Below, one piece after another: positions 1 to 10,037 of a stretch of DNA of 64,000 bases (positions within the stretch are counted from its first letter, which is position 1; every line of letters starts with the position of its first letter). The notes under the pieces were generated by a model, which worked only from the letters and a program-made list of their open reading frames with translations, did no database searches and was not told where the DNA came from. Made by a program: the position numbers and the translations under genes. Source of the DNA: an uncultured Rhodothermales bacterium (GTDB lineage Bacteria > Bacteroidota > Rhodothermia > Rhodothermales > UBA10348); assembly GCA_964383365.1 (NCBI GenBank), contig CAYLHF010000006.1, positions 3,568 through 67,567 on the forward strand, given 5' to 3'.

Positions 1-1286
1 TCAGATACGGATACCAATATCAATGTCCCCAACATACCGGTCGCGAGACCGACAACAGAAAGAAGCGCGGTACTGACGATCGGAAGGACTTCCCGGGCTT
101 CTCTGACTGCATTCCGAAAAAAACCATGGGCGAAAAAGTATCGCGGTAGCATATATCTGAATCTTGGACCGGATGCATACAAAACGACTACCGTGATCAG
201 AAGCACCCATCCCAGGAGGAGAAACCAGGGGAAGTCAGCACGTGGTTCATCAGCCCTGGGAAAGGAGAAGACCGTTCGTGCACCGGAATAAAAGCCCTGC
301 ACTACATTCATTGCCGGCCTCATTGCACCGCCCGTCGTGACCAATCCATACCGGCGATCGTACACGTCTTTTACACCTCCAGTCCCGGGTTCTGGAATCG
401 TGTTTCGGTCTCTCCAACGATGAACGAAGAAAGTCTCCGGAACGCGATCCACCATCAGAGACCGGAAGGCTCCCTCCAGCATGCGAGCTTGCCATGCGGC
501 CGAATGTTCTCGGTCCACCCCGGATCCGGCTCCCGGATCAACGTGCCAGCCTATCGATGCCAATCCGACGGGGGTATCGTGAGCTGTGCGCCACCTCGTG
601 AGAAGTCCCACAGGATCTGCTTTTTCCAGCGCGTCGATCAGCACAAAATCGACCCGATCCGAGCATCGATCCTCCTCTATGAATGAGGTCACATAGTAAA
701 AACGTTGATCGTGGGAGGAAGATACCCGCGACAGAAGTCTCGATAAAAAATCACACGTGACGCTGGATTGTGAATCGGGTCTTATTGCGAGTCCGACGGG
801 TCCCGCCGACGGATGATTCCTGCCCGAGCGGACCTCACTTCTCAGAAGTTTGAGAGCAAACGTCAACGAATCAGTCAGACGACCTGCAGAATAATCAAAA
901 AGCGGTAATTCCCTGTAAAACGTCATTGCCAGTGAATCGGCCAGACCCAGGATCTCACCCGGAAGGGGTGCTACGACCCGAACTGCTCTGATTCCTGCCG
1001 CTTTCATTTCGACCAGATCCAGGCGGGCTTCCTTTCTCGAATTTGGACGCTCCCAGTACACACCCTGAACAGGATGATCAGGAGACTCCACCACCGTTTT
1101 CGTACCCGATCGATTGCGATCCTGCGCGCGTACCAGAGCGTTCGGTCCCATCGCAATCAAAATCGACAGTGCGGCCAGAACAGATGCTGCTGCCCGCAGC
1201 AAATCTGCGCCTGTATCCGGCCTTCGCCTGACCGTCGACCAGTCTGAATCGAGACCAGAACAATGATATGTCTTTTCAGAATTCAC
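1..1286 (-). CDS. Partial CDS, absent from the supplied ORF track because its 3' end runs off the left edge. Exported protein with a glycoside-hydrolase-like TIM-barrel N-terminal region and C-terminal transmembrane segments.
   Basis: Manual minus-strand translation in the frame that exits at base 1 is stop-free from the TGA at 1401-1403 down to base 1 (>400 codons). Candidate starts are GTG at 1286 or TTG at 1202. The TTG start gives a signal-peptide-like MLRAAASVLAALSILIAMGPNALVRAQ. The protein contains GVYWERPNSRKEARLDLVEMKAAGIRAVRV, a pattern typical of the start of GH TIM barrels. Hydrophobic stretches FPWFLLLGWVLLITVVVLY and LLSVVGLATGMLGTLILV lie near the edge. Confidence 0.6.
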   Translation of the reverse strand, partial: MNSEKTYHCSGLDSDWSTVRRRPDTGADLLRAAASVLAALSILIAMGPNALVRAQDRNRSGTKTVVESPDHPVQGVYWERPNSRKEARLDLVEMKAAGIRAVRVVAPLPGEILGLADSLAMTFYRELPLFDYSAGRLTDSLTFALKLLRSEVRSGRNHPSAGPVGLAIRPDSQSSVTCDFLSRLLSRVSSSHDQRFYYVTSFIEEDRCSDRVDFVLIDALEKADPVGLLTRWRTAHDTPVGLASIGWHVDPGAGSGVDREHSAAWQARMLEGAFRSLMVDRVPETFFVHRWRDRNTIPEPGTGGVKDVYDRRYGLVTTGGAMRPAMNVVQGFYSGARTVFSFPRADEPRADFPWFLLLGWVLLITVVVLYASGPRFRYMLPRYFFAHGFFRNAVREAREVLPIVSTALLSVVGLATGMLGTLILVSVS

Positions 1287-1345
1287 GGGATTGGAGCACC
1301 AAGAATAAAAACGAAATATACCCCCGCGAGATGGTGAAAGCGCGA

Positions 1346-1374
1346 GAGCCGCGCCCCTCGTCGGGGCGCGGCTC
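1346..1374 (-). terminator. GC-rich hairpin downstream of ftsZ; candidate intrinsic terminator
   Basis: Perfect 12-bp inverted repeat GAGCCGCGCCCC / GGGGCGCGGCTC with a 5-nt loop, about 135 nt after the ftsZ stop. The U-tract on the minus strand is weak (TCTCGCGCTTTCACC). Confidence 0.45.
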
Positions 1375-1508
1375 CCTGCGAACCGAACCTCATGTTCACA
1401 TCAACGACACCGCAGCCACGGTTCATCGTCGACGGACAGGCCTTGCTCATGGACCTGCCGGGCGGGACTGGAGAACCCACCTCGAAGAAGGTTCGCATTT
1501 CATTGATT

Positions 1509-2765
1509 TCAGTCCATCATTTTTCTGAGAAACGCCGGTACGTCCGTGTCTCCCTTCATTATTCTTTCGGACCGGTCAATGTCTTTTGCATTGACGACGC
1601 GTACCCGTCCGGCACCGTCACCACTTTGTGGTTCGACCGATATGTCGTCCTTCTCTGTAGTCTGTCGACGCATGTAAGCCGGTTCGTCCAACTGCCGAAG
1701 ACTCTCCTCTCCCTTGTACTCGGTCGTCGCCGTCCCACCATCCAGGATCAACCGGCGGGACGTTTTTCTTTCCGGACGCTGCTCTACCCTGGAGTCAAAT
1801 CCGGTCGCAATCACCGTAATACGGAGATCATCGTTCATGGCTTCATCGATGACCGTTCCGAATATAACTTCCACATCGTCTCCGGCTTCCTTCTGAATGA
1901 TGCTCGTGGCTGCCGTCGCCTCCCGGATACCCAAAGAGGTTCCGGCCGATATATTCACGAGCACATTCTTGGCTCCGTGAATGGAGAGTCCATCCAGGAG
2001 GGGGCTAGCAAGCGCTTCCTGTGCCGCCCGCTCGGCTCGATTCTCACCCGAGGCGGTCGCGGCACCCATCAGAGCCGTGCCTCCATTCCTCATGGTCGTC
2101 TTCACATCGGCGAAGTCGAGATTGATCAGGCCATGCACAGTAATTAAGTCACTGATCCCACGCGTAGCATTGTAGAGCACCTCATCGGCTTTGGAAAAAG
2201 CGTCGACCAGCGTGGTATTCGCCTCGGAAATATCCAGCAGACGCTCGTTTGGAATAACGATAAGCGTATCGATGTTCTTACGCAGGAGTTCGATCCCGGT
2301 ATTGGCCGACGCCGTACGCCGTCCTCCTTCGCATTCAAACGGTTTGGTCACGATTGCCACCGAAAGAATCCCCATATCTTTGGCTATAGCGGCCACAATC
2401 GGTGCTCCCCCGGTCCCTGTTCCACCGCCCATACCGGCGGTCACGAAGACCATATCGAACCCCCGAAGCGAATTCTCTATTTCCGTGCGGCTCTCTTCGA
2501 CCGCCTCGGCTCCGATACTGGGCCGGGCGCCGGCTCCGAGTCCTTTGGTCAGCCCCTTCCCTGCTTGAATCTTGTTCGGGGCACGATTTGCCGCCAGAGC
2601 CTGCGAGTCCGTGTTGATAACATAAAATTCGACACCTGAGATTCCCTGTTGAATCATGTTGTTGACGGCGTTTCCTCCACCACCACCAACACCGACAACA
2701 CAAATCTTGGCGTCCTCGTTAGACGCATCATCAAATGCGAAATAAGAGCTAAATGACGTCTCCAT
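1509..2765 (-). CDS. ftsZ: Cell division GTPase FtsZ
   Basis: 418 aa. Motifs GVGGGGGNAVNNM and the tubulin signature AGMGGGTGTGGAP; conserved C-terminal peptide DVPAFLRK; last gene of the dcw cluster. Confidence 0.98.
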   Translation of the reverse strand: METSFSSYFAFDDASNEDAKICVVGVGGGGGNAVNNMIQQGISGVEFYVINTDSQALAANRAPNKIQAGKGLTKGLGAGARPSIGAEAVEESRTEIENSLRGFDMVFVTAGMGGGTGTGGAPIVAAIAKDMGILSVAIVTKPFECEGGRRTASANTGIELLRKNIDTLIVIPNERLLDISEANTTLVDAFSKADEVLYNATRGISDLITVHGLINLDFADVKTTMRNGGTALMGAATASGENRAERAAQEALASPLLDGLSIHGAKNVLVNISAGTSLGIREATAATSIIQKEAGDDVEVIFGTVIDEAMNDDLRITVIATGFDSRVEQRPERKTSRRLILDGGTATTEYKGEESLRQLDEPAYMRRQTTEKDDISVEPQSGDGAGRVRVVNAKDIDRSERIMKGDTDVPAFLRKMMD

Positions 2766-2845
2766 GTGAACCTCCAGTAGTTCAGTTAAGACTTTTTGAG
2801 TTAAAGCGCGGGATCGAGCACTCCCGGCGCCGCTGTTTATTAAGG

Positions 2846-4108
2846 TCAGAGTTCATCGAACCATGATTTCATTCTTCCTGCAATTTTTCCCACCAAACCG
2901 TGGGAAGCATCCGAGCCGGACAACGATTCGCTTAGATCACTCCGGAAGGGAGTCCCGCCGACTATTTCAGGCCGAAGTCCATACAGAACCAGGCCCACTC
3001 CGGTAGCGAATTTGGGATCGGTAACTTCCTGTACGATCCCCCCTGATATTCCCATAGGACGACCGATTCTGGCTTCCAGACCCAATATTTCACTGGCCAA
3101 CTCGGCCGTTCCGGGGATCATTGACCCCCCTCCTGTCAGCACGACCCCGGCCGAAAGATGTCTGGCATACCCACTACGTTTTATCTCTATGGCTGCGATT
3201 TCGAGAATCTCCTCCAGACGCGGTTGAATGATCTGTGCCAGAGTACTCCGTCCAATGTGTTTCTCATGTCGTCCGCCTATCCCGGGAATTTCAATTTCCT
3301 CGTTGTCGGCCATTTCGGAGAGAGCTATTCCAAAATCCACCTTTAATTTTTCGGCCTGATCGCGCATCACGCCGAGTCCTTTCCGAATGTCGTCCGTGAC
3401 CTTGTTACCGGCGACCGCGATGACGGCCGTATGCCTGATCGTGTTGTCTTCGAAGACGGCGATGTCGGTTGTACCGCCACCGATGTCGATAATAGCAACA
3501 CCGACTTCCTTCTCGTCGTGATGCAGCACGGCAAACGAGGACCCCAGTGGCTCCAATACGATGTCTTCAACCTGGAATCCGGCCTTTTCGATACACCGGT
3601 AAATATTTTTTGCCGCGGAGACAAGGCCCGTTATGATGTGAACATTCGCCTCCAGACGGACTCCGCTCATCCCCACAGGATCGATGACACCATCCTGACC
3701 ATCGACAATGAACTCCTGTGGAATGACGTGCAGGATCTCCCGATCCGATGGCATGGCGACATGAGTCGTATCCTCAAGAAGACGATGAACATCTGCCTCG
3801 GTAATCTCCCCGTCCTGATTGGAAATGGTCACCACTCCGCGGGATTGAAAACTCTGCACGTGGTCACCGGCAATTCCGACGATGACTTTTCGGACATCGA
3901 CTCCCGCCATTCGCTCTGCCTCGTTGACGGCAAGTTGAACGGCGGCCACAGTCTTGTCAATATTTACGACGACGCCTCTATTGAGACCCTCAGATTCGGC
4001 TACTCCGATACCCAGGACATTGATTCGATCAAGCTCATCCATGGTCGCAACCACGGCGCATACTTTGGTCGTACCGATGTCCAATCCGACTACTATTCTA
4101 TCACTCAT
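2846..4108 (-). CDS. ftsA: Cell division protein FtsA (actin-like ATPase)
   Basis: 420 aa. Motifs VGLDIGTTKVCAVV and IIDIGGGTTDIAVF; located between ftsQ and ftsZ. Confidence 0.96.
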   Translation of the reverse strand: MSDRIVVGLDIGTTKVCAVVATMDELDRINVLGIGVAESEGLNRGVVVNIDKTVAAVQLAVNEAERMAGVDVRKVIVGIAGDHVQSFQSRGVVTISNQDGEITEADVHRLLEDTTHVAMPSDREILHVIPQEFIVDGQDGVIDPVGMSGVRLEANVHIITGLVSAAKNIYRCIEKAGFQVEDIVLEPLGSSFAVLHHDEKEVGVAIIDIGGGTTDIAVFEDNTIRHTAVIAVAGNKVTDDIRKGLGVMRDQAEKLKVDFGIALSEMADNEEIEIPGIGGRHEKHIGRSTLAQIIQPRLEEILEIAAIEIKRSGYARHLSAGVVLTGGGSMIPGTAELASEILGLEARIGRPMGISGGIVQEVTDPKFATGVGLVLYGLRPEIVGGTPFRSDLSESLSGSDASHGLVGKIAGRMKSWFDEL

Positions 4109-4118
4109 AACGCTAAAA

Positions 4119-4904
4119 TTATTTTTCTTTCCGGTCAGACTTCGAGAAGGGTTTCTCTCGCACGTGAGCGACTATCTGACTGTCAAAACGAAGGTCGATC
4201 ATGTCGAACATCTTCTCAGGAGACGGCAGCATTTCCTGTCGATGAAAGGAGACCAACTCGGTCAGTTTCTCTCCAAAATGGTCCTTGCCCAGTCGTACGG
4301 GCGTCGCCCCGTGACCTCCTACGGGTTCCATCCTGATCGACACTTCGCCATCGAGAAGAAGGACCTCCGAAAGAATCGCATCGGAGGTCTGCGAAGTCGA
4401 ATCGAGTGATGTGAGGAGCGATCGGATCATCGGACTTCTGGTTGGTTCACCCGAATGGAAACCCTCCCGATATCCCGACAGCACGGGTACATCGTATACG
4501 ATCGAGTCCGGTGCGTGAACGGGGTATCCATACCGGTCGAGATAAAAAGACGGTCTTCCGCGATGATCGAGCGTACGAACTACCGGCGTACGTTCCGTTA
4601 CCGATATCACCAGTGTCCCGGTCGGAAGGCGGGATACATCCGTCTGTTCTACCCAGGCGTGCTCATCTACTCTCGCTTCAATGTCACCCGGCTCAAGCCT
4701 GAACAGAACCATACCGGTATCTACTCCAGCCAGAGCCCGTATTTCATCTGTAGACGCGACGTGCACGCCGCGGATATCGATTTGCTGCACCGTCACCCGC
4801 ATGAGCCACTGCCACCCGGCAATCGCTCCGGCAAGGACGATGACGATCATCATTCCCTGCAGGAACCCAGAACTCCTTATATATCCGCGGAGTTGTTCAC
4901 TCAT
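4119..4904 (-). CDS. ftsQ: Cell division protein FtsQ (single N-terminal TM plus POTRA-like region)
   Basis: 261 aa. N-terminal TM MMIVIVLAGAIAGWQWL followed by a POTRA-like IDIRGVHVASTDEIRALAG. Sits in the canonical position between murC and ftsA and overlaps the murC stop by 4 nt. Confidence 0.85.
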   Translation of the reverse strand: MSEQLRGYIRSSGFLQGMMIVIVLAGAIAGWQWLMRVTVQQIDIRGVHVASTDEIRALAGVDTGMVLFRLEPGDIEARVDEHAWVEQTDVSRLPTGTLVISVTERTPVVRTLDHRGRPSFYLDRYGYPVHAPDSIVYDVPVLSGYREGFHSGEPTRSPMIRSLLTSLDSTSQTSDAILSEVLLLDGEVSIRMEPVGGHGATPVRLGKDHFGEKLTELVSFHRQEMLPSPEKMFDMIDLRFDSQIVAHVREKPFSKSDRKEK

Positions 4905-6376
4905 CGATCCGACCCCGCTGAATCTGGCTTTGGCGCATGTACTTCCTTGACATTCCGGTCATCAGCTGCCGCCAGCCCATCTACAAGCTGACGACTGTAC
5001 CGCCAGATGTCGCCTGCACCCAGCGTTAGAATCACATCGCCCGGTTTGGCAATAGAGGAAACGTAGGCGGGCATGCCCTTCCGCTCTCGCACATAGTGCA
5101 CGTCGGTGTGACCATATGATCTCGCCAGGTCGGCGATCCTGGATCCATCAACTCCTTCGACCGGCTCTTCCCGGGCTCCATATACATCCATGAATACGAC
5201 GATGTCCGCGTCAAAGAAACTCTTCGCGAACTCGTCCATGAACTGGACCGTGCGGGAGTACAGATGAGGTTGAAATACAGCGATGATCCGCTCCGACTCC
5301 CAACACCTGGTGGCCGCCTGCAATGTCGCACGAACTTCCGTCGGATGATGTGCATAGTCGTCTACCACCCGAATGCCACATACATAACCGATCTCCTGCA
5401 TGCGTCGCTGAACACCCGAGAACGCATCCAGACCCGTCTTTATTTCGTCGAACGGCATATCCAATTCCAGGCCGATGGTAATCGCTGCCAGCGCATTCAG
5501 GACATTGTGGTTTCCGGGTGCGTGAAGCACAGCTGAACCCAATCGTATACCGTCCTCCAGCACATCGAATGTCATGTTCATTCCGTCCTGAATCACATTT
5601 TCAGCCCGAACATGTGCCTGCCTGGAGAACCCGTAGGTTATGACCCTCCGATCGATACGGTCCAGCATTAGCTGAACATTTTCATCGTCCAGACAGACGA
5701 TTGCTGCACCGAAAAATGGCACACTGTTGGCATACTGGGTGAATGCGTCGACCAGGTCATCGAGATCGTCGTAAATATCAAAGTGTTCTGCCTCGATATT
5801 GGTGATAACCGCGAGTGAAGGTGTGAGCCTCAGAAACGTCCGGGCGTACTCATCGGCTTCAACCAGAATGATGTCTCCCTCACCGGAGACGGCGTTGGAT
5901 CCAAAAACAGAGACTTTCCCTCCAACGATGATCGTCGGATCGAAGTCGCCGGCCGTCAGCACAGTTCCGGCAATCGAAGTCGTCGTCGTTTTCCCGTGGG
6001 TTCCGGCGATACCGATACCATATTTCATCCGAATCAGTTCACCGAGCATCACCGACCTGGGAATGATCGGAATTCTTCGGGTTTCGGCTTCTATCGTCTC
6101 TGGATTGATCGAAGGTTCGACAGCTGACGAGTACACGACGACATCTGCTTCCGCGACATGGTCTCGACGATGTCCCTCGAAAATCGTTGCGCCCAGAGAC
6201 GTCAGCCTGTCGGTTATGTGCGTCAGGTGCTGATCCGATCCGGTCACTGAGAATCCCCGTGCGAGGAGCACCTCGGCAATCGAGCTCATCCCTATCCCGC
6301 CGATACCGACCATATGAATACACCTGATCCTGCCGAACAGTGGTAGTCGTCTCGGTATGTTTCCACGCCTCGTCAT
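4901..6376 (-). CDS. murC: UDP-N-acetylmuramate--L-alanine ligase
   Basis: 491 aa. Motifs HMVGIGGIGMSSIAEVLLARGFSVTGSD and the Mur-ligase P-loop GTHGKTTTTS. Confidence 0.96.
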   Translation of the reverse strand: MTRRGNIPRRLPLFGRIRCIHMVGIGGIGMSSIAEVLLARGFSVTGSDQHLTHITDRLTSLGATIFEGHRRDHVAEADVVVYSSAVEPSINPETIEAETRRIPIIPRSVMLGELIRMKYGIGIAGTHGKTTTTSIAGTVLTAGDFDPTIIVGGKVSVFGSNAVSGEGDIILVEADEYARTFLRLTPSLAVITNIEAEHFDIYDDLDDLVDAFTQYANSVPFFGAAIVCLDDENVQLMLDRIDRRVITYGFSRQAHVRAENVIQDGMNMTFDVLEDGIRLGSAVLHAPGNHNVLNALAAITIGLELDMPFDEIKTGLDAFSGVQRRMQEIGYVCGIRVVDDYAHHPTEVRATLQAATRCWESERIIAVFQPHLYSRTVQFMDEFAKSFFDADIVVFMDVYGAREEPVEGVDGSRIADLARSYGHTDVHYVRERKGMPAYVSSIAKPGDVILTLGAGDIWRYSRQLVDGLAAADDRNVKEVHAPKPDSAGSDR

Positions 6377-7497
6377 AGGTTCCTCGTCGAAGCCAGGTGA
6401 ATAACATCGGCGGCAATTTCGTCGGCCGCGCCGGGGGTGGCGTGATCACGTGCCTTCTCGGACATCCTATCCAGCTGCTTCCGGTCGGTCCACATTTCCT
6501 TCCAGATATCGTAGAGATCCTTTCGGATCTCGTGTTCGGGCACCACGCGGGCGGCTCCCATGGCGAGGAGTCCACGGGCATTTCTGGTCTGGTGATCGGC
6601 CGCCACATGCGGAGAAGGAATCAGAATGGAAGCCGTTCCGGTGGCGAGCAATTCGCTACAAGTCAGTGCGCCCGATCGACAAATCGCCAAATCCGAAACG
6701 TCGTAGGCATAATCCATTCGGTCGATATATGGAACAAGTCGAATTCGACTATCCGTGTCGACACGTGACGACACCTCTTCGTAAAACTGCCTCCCCGTCT
6801 GCCAGATGACCACGGTATCCGCTTCGGACAAAAAATCAGGAAGGAGTCTTTCGATAGCCTGATTCAGCGGTTTGCTTCCACCGGATCCCCCTAGAATCAG
6901 GAGTACACGCGTCTCCCCGGAGAGGTTGAAATATGCTCGGGCGGCACTACGATCGACATCCACAAGATCAGTTCGAGTCGGATTCCCTGATATAGACGTG
7001 CGTGATTCGGGAAATACATCCAGTGTCTCCGGAAAGGCTGCGTGAATTCGATCTGCAAAACGGGATACCATTTTGTTGGTGACGCCCGGGACCGCATTCT
7101 GCTCCTGGATGAGGACGGGCCTTCGTCTCTTATGGGCAGCCCACATGACCGGTCCCGCTACATATCCTCCCGTCCCGACGGCGACGTCCGCGTCGAACGC
7201 TTCAACGAGCTTCCAGCTATCTGCGATGCCCTGTACCAGCGTAATCGGCATTCGGAAGTTCCGAGCAGTAAACCTGCGCTGAAAACCTTGAGCGTGAATG
7301 GCATGAATGGGATATCCCGCCCGCGGAACTTCCCGCCATTCGATACGCTCCCGCGATCCTGCGAAAGCAACGACGGCGTCCGGTCTCCTGCGCCGAATGG
7401 CGTCCGCAATCGCTATTGCCGGAAAGACGTGACCACCGGTACCGCCACCGGATAACAACACGCGAGGAGGCCTGATATGGACGGGATGGTTCGTCAT
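6373..7497 (-). CDS. murG: Undecaprenyl-PP-MurNAc-pentapeptide N-acetylglucosamine transferase
   Basis: 374 aa. Motif GGTGGHVFPAIAIADA near the N-terminus; dcw position. Confidence 0.95.
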   Translation of the reverse strand: MTNHPVHIRPPRVLLSGGGTGGHVFPAIAIADAIRRRRPDAVVAFAGSRERIEWREVPRAGYPIHAIHAQGFQRRFTARNFRMPITLVQGIADSWKLVEAFDADVAVGTGGYVAGPVMWAAHKRRRPVLIQEQNAVPGVTNKMVSRFADRIHAAFPETLDVFPESRTSISGNPTRTDLVDVDRSAARAYFNLSGETRVLLILGGSGGSKPLNQAIERLLPDFLSEADTVVIWQTGRQFYEEVSSRVDTDSRIRLVPYIDRMDYAYDVSDLAICRSGALTCSELLATGTASILIPSPHVAADHQTRNARGLLAMGAARVVPEHEIRKDLYDIWKEMWTDRKQLDRMSEKARDHATPGAADEIAADVIHLASTRNL

Positions 7498-8633
7498 TCC
7501 ACCTGCCTCGACACGTTCAGGAGAATACCCATCATCAGGCCATTCGCCATCATCGATGTGCCGCCATACGAAACAAATGGCAGCGGCAACCCGGTGACCG
7601 GAAGCAATCCAGCGGTCACAGCAGCATGCACAAAACCATACAGTATCAGCATGGTTACGAGGCCTACACTCAGGAAGAATCCAAGCGGATCCGGAGCTTT
7701 TCGAGCAATTCGGAGCATCCCCCTGAACAGTATGATGATATATAGAGCCAGCAGAATGAACGCCCCGACCACTCCAAACTCCTCTGCGATGATAGCATAG
7801 ATGTAATCGTTGTACGGAGCAGGAAGAAAATCTTTCTGGACACTCTTTCCCGGCCCTACGCCATATAACCCCCCACGGGCAAACGCGATCAGCGCCTGTT
7901 TAGCCTGATATCCCTCCGCTTGATCGGAGAACACGTCGACCGCCTCCGTATTCGGGAATATTTTCATCCCGAGGAATGATTCCATTCTGGCCGCACGATG
8001 GGGAGAAACCAGTAAGAGACCGTACGCGAGTATGAGGCCCACGACACCCAGACCGGCCAGATGCAGAACGCTGACCCTGGCAATAAAGCACATCGCCAGT
8101 ACCGCCGTCAGGACAAGGGCCGCGGTCGATAAATCCTCAATCCCTATGGCGATGACTGTGACCAGAATCCACGCAAAAATTGGAGCGAATGCGTTGGTAA
8201 ATGATTTTATGTAACGCTGTTTTCTGGCCAGAAGAAGGGCCACATATACCAGAAGCGTTACTTTCGCAAAATCAGATGGCTGAAAACCAACGGAGCCCAC
8301 CTGCAACCAACGGGCTGCCCCTCCACTAACAACGCCCACGACCCGGACCGCGACCAGCAGAACGAGAGATAGTATCAGAGCATATCTGCTGATTTTGGCG
8401 AGAAGGTGATAATCAATCAGGCTGAAAAGACCCATTACACCGAGTGCGGCGAGTAGGCGAACGACGTGTCCGATCAAAAATCGTTCGGTGTTCCCTCCTG
8501 CTTTGGTCTCGGCCAGGAAAGAAATGGCACTGTATACAGCAAATACCCCGATCGCAGACAGCCCGAGAACGCACCAGAGTACGAACTTGTCCGCGGGACG
8601 CGAGGCTGACTTAGGGAGTGAAATACTGAGCAT
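7494..8633 (-). CDS. ftsW: SEDS-family peptidoglycan glycosyltransferase / lipid II-associated division protein FtsW
   Basis: 379 aa polytopic membrane protein with C-terminal PVTGLPLPFVSYGGTSM; located between murD and murG. Confidence 0.93.
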   Translation of the reverse strand: MLSISLPKSASRPADKFVLWCVLGLSAIGVFAVYSAISFLAETKAGGNTERFLIGHVVRLLAALGVMGLFSLIDYHLLAKISRYALILSLVLLVAVRVVGVVSGGAARWLQVGSVGFQPSDFAKVTLLVYVALLLARKQRYIKSFTNAFAPIFAWILVTVIAIGIEDLSTAALVLTAVLAMCFIARVSVLHLAGLGVVGLILAYGLLLVSPHRAARMESFLGMKIFPNTEAVDVFSDQAEGYQAKQALIAFARGGLYGVGPGKSVQKDFLPAPYNDYIYAIIAEEFGVVGAFILLALYIIILFRGMLRIARKAPDPLGFFLSVGLVTMLILYGFVHAAVTAGLLPVTGLPLPFVSYGGTSMMANGLMMGILLNVSRQVE

Positions 8634-8645
8634 TTCTCGTACCGA

Positions 8646-10037
8646 TCAGAGGTTTGCTACCAGGTGCCGAAACACATCACCCCGATGCTCAAAGCTCTCG
8701 AACATATCGAACGACGAACACGCGGGGCTGAGTAGAACGACTTCTCCCGAACGGGAGAGTAAAGAAGCATATCGAACGGCGTCAGAGAGACTTTCCGCCC
8801 GAACACGTTGATCTACGTATGGGCCTAATTCGGTATCCAGCTTCGATCCGGCCTCACCAATCGATATCAATACGCGAACCCTGTTTTGTACGAGTTCCAC
8901 GAGACTCGCATAATCGTTTCCCTTATCCCGACCTCCTGCGATCAAAATAACCGGTTGTGAGTAGCTTTCGAGGGCGTACCACACCGCATTGACATTGGTG
9001 GCTTTAGAGTCGTTTACGTACTCGACTCCGTCCACTTCGCGAATAAATTCGAGGCGGTGCGGAACGCCCTCGAAGGTAGCGAGGCTGTTGCGCACGTCCC
9101 CGCTCCCAACCTCCATAACGCGGGCTGCAATGGCAGCAGCCAGTGCGTTGGACGCATTATGCCTTCCGGTCAGCGATAATTCGTTCTTCTGCATGAGCAC
9201 CTCGTTCGTTTGCTCCGTATTCAGATACAGCATGTCGTCGCGGAAAAACCCTGCTGCACCTATGGAATTGTTAATAGAAAAGCCCATCAACCGGGGACCG
9301 TCATCTTCGTCGACCGATGGTAGTCCCGAGACAATCCTCTCATCGTCCATGTTGTAAATGAGTGTATCCTCCGGCCCCTGGTTCTTGAAAATGCGTGCCT
9401 TGCTTCCTGCGTACAGGCTCATGGACTGGCTGTATCGATCCAGGTGATCGGGAGTGATGTTCAGCATCACAGCAATATTCGGGTGGAATTCGGCCGTATG
9501 GTCAAGCTGAAAACTGGATACTTCGAGTACGATGAGGTCCCCTTTCTGAGATTTCAGGACGACATCGGAAAATGGAATCCCGATATTTCCGGCGATCCAC
9601 GTTTTTCGTCCAGACCGCTTCATGATGTCCCCTAACAGAAGGGTCGTCGTGGTTTTTCCATTTGAACCCGTTATCGCCGCGACATCCGCCGGACAGTACC
9701 AGGAGGCGACTTCCAATTCAGAATAGCAGGGAATCCCGTTCTCCAGGAGTTGGATCATCGGCGGCGAGGAATCGGAAACTCCGGGACTGACGACCACGAG
9801 ATCAGCTTGTGCCAGCCGCTCGGTATGTCCGTCTTCTTCAAAATCGATGTCCAGTTTCGAAAAAACGGATTTGGCACCGTCGGTCAGTGGAGCCGAGTCA
9901 GAGACGAATACATGCATTCCCCGAGCATGCAATAGTCTCGCGACCGATTGACCACTCCGTCCTCCTCCGATCACGGATACGCGACTGGAGGTCATGGGCT
10001 GTATGTCTGCCGTGATGGGCATTTCCTGGATACTCAT
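8646..10037 (-). CDS. murD: UDP-N-acetylmuramoylalanine--D-glutamate ligase
   Basis: 463 aa. Rossmann-like VSVIGGGRSGQSVA at the N-terminus and P-loop ITGSNGKTTTT. Confidence 0.95.
   Translation of the reverse strand: MSIQEMPITADIQPMTSSRVSVIGGGRSGQSVARLLHARGMHVFVSDSAPLTDGAKSVFSKLDIDFEEDGHTERLAQADLVVVSPGVSDSSPPMIQLLENGIPCYSELEVASWYCPADVAAITGSNGKTTTTLLLGDIMKRSGRKTWIAGNIGIPFSDVVLKSQKGDLIVLEVSSFQLDHTAEFHPNIAVMLNITPDHLDRYSQSMSLYAGSKARIFKNQGPEDTLIYNMDDERIVSGLPSVDEDDGPRLMGFSINNSIGAAGFFRDDMLYLNTEQTNEVLMQKNELSLTGRHNASNALAAAIAARVMEVGSGDVRNSLATFEGVPHRLEFIREVDGVEYVNDSKATNVNAVWYALESYSQPVILIAGGRDKGNDYASLVELVQNRVRVLISIGEAGSKLDTELGPYVDQRVRAESLSDAVRYASLLSRSGEVVLLSPACSSFDMFESFEHRGDVFRHLVANL

Noticed and set aside
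1392-2147. A 251-aa plus-strand ORF antisense to ftsZ. Similar long antisense ORFs occur at 3431-4336 (301 aa, opposite ftsA), 10982-11953 (323 aa, opposite mraY/murE), 38073-38717, 39403-40137 and 55308-55970.
   Set aside because: Each lies entirely opposite a gene with unmistakable conserved motifs. Their translations are Arg/Ser/Pro-rich and low-complexity with no recognisable motif. These are typical shadow ORFs of moderately GC-rich coding DNA.
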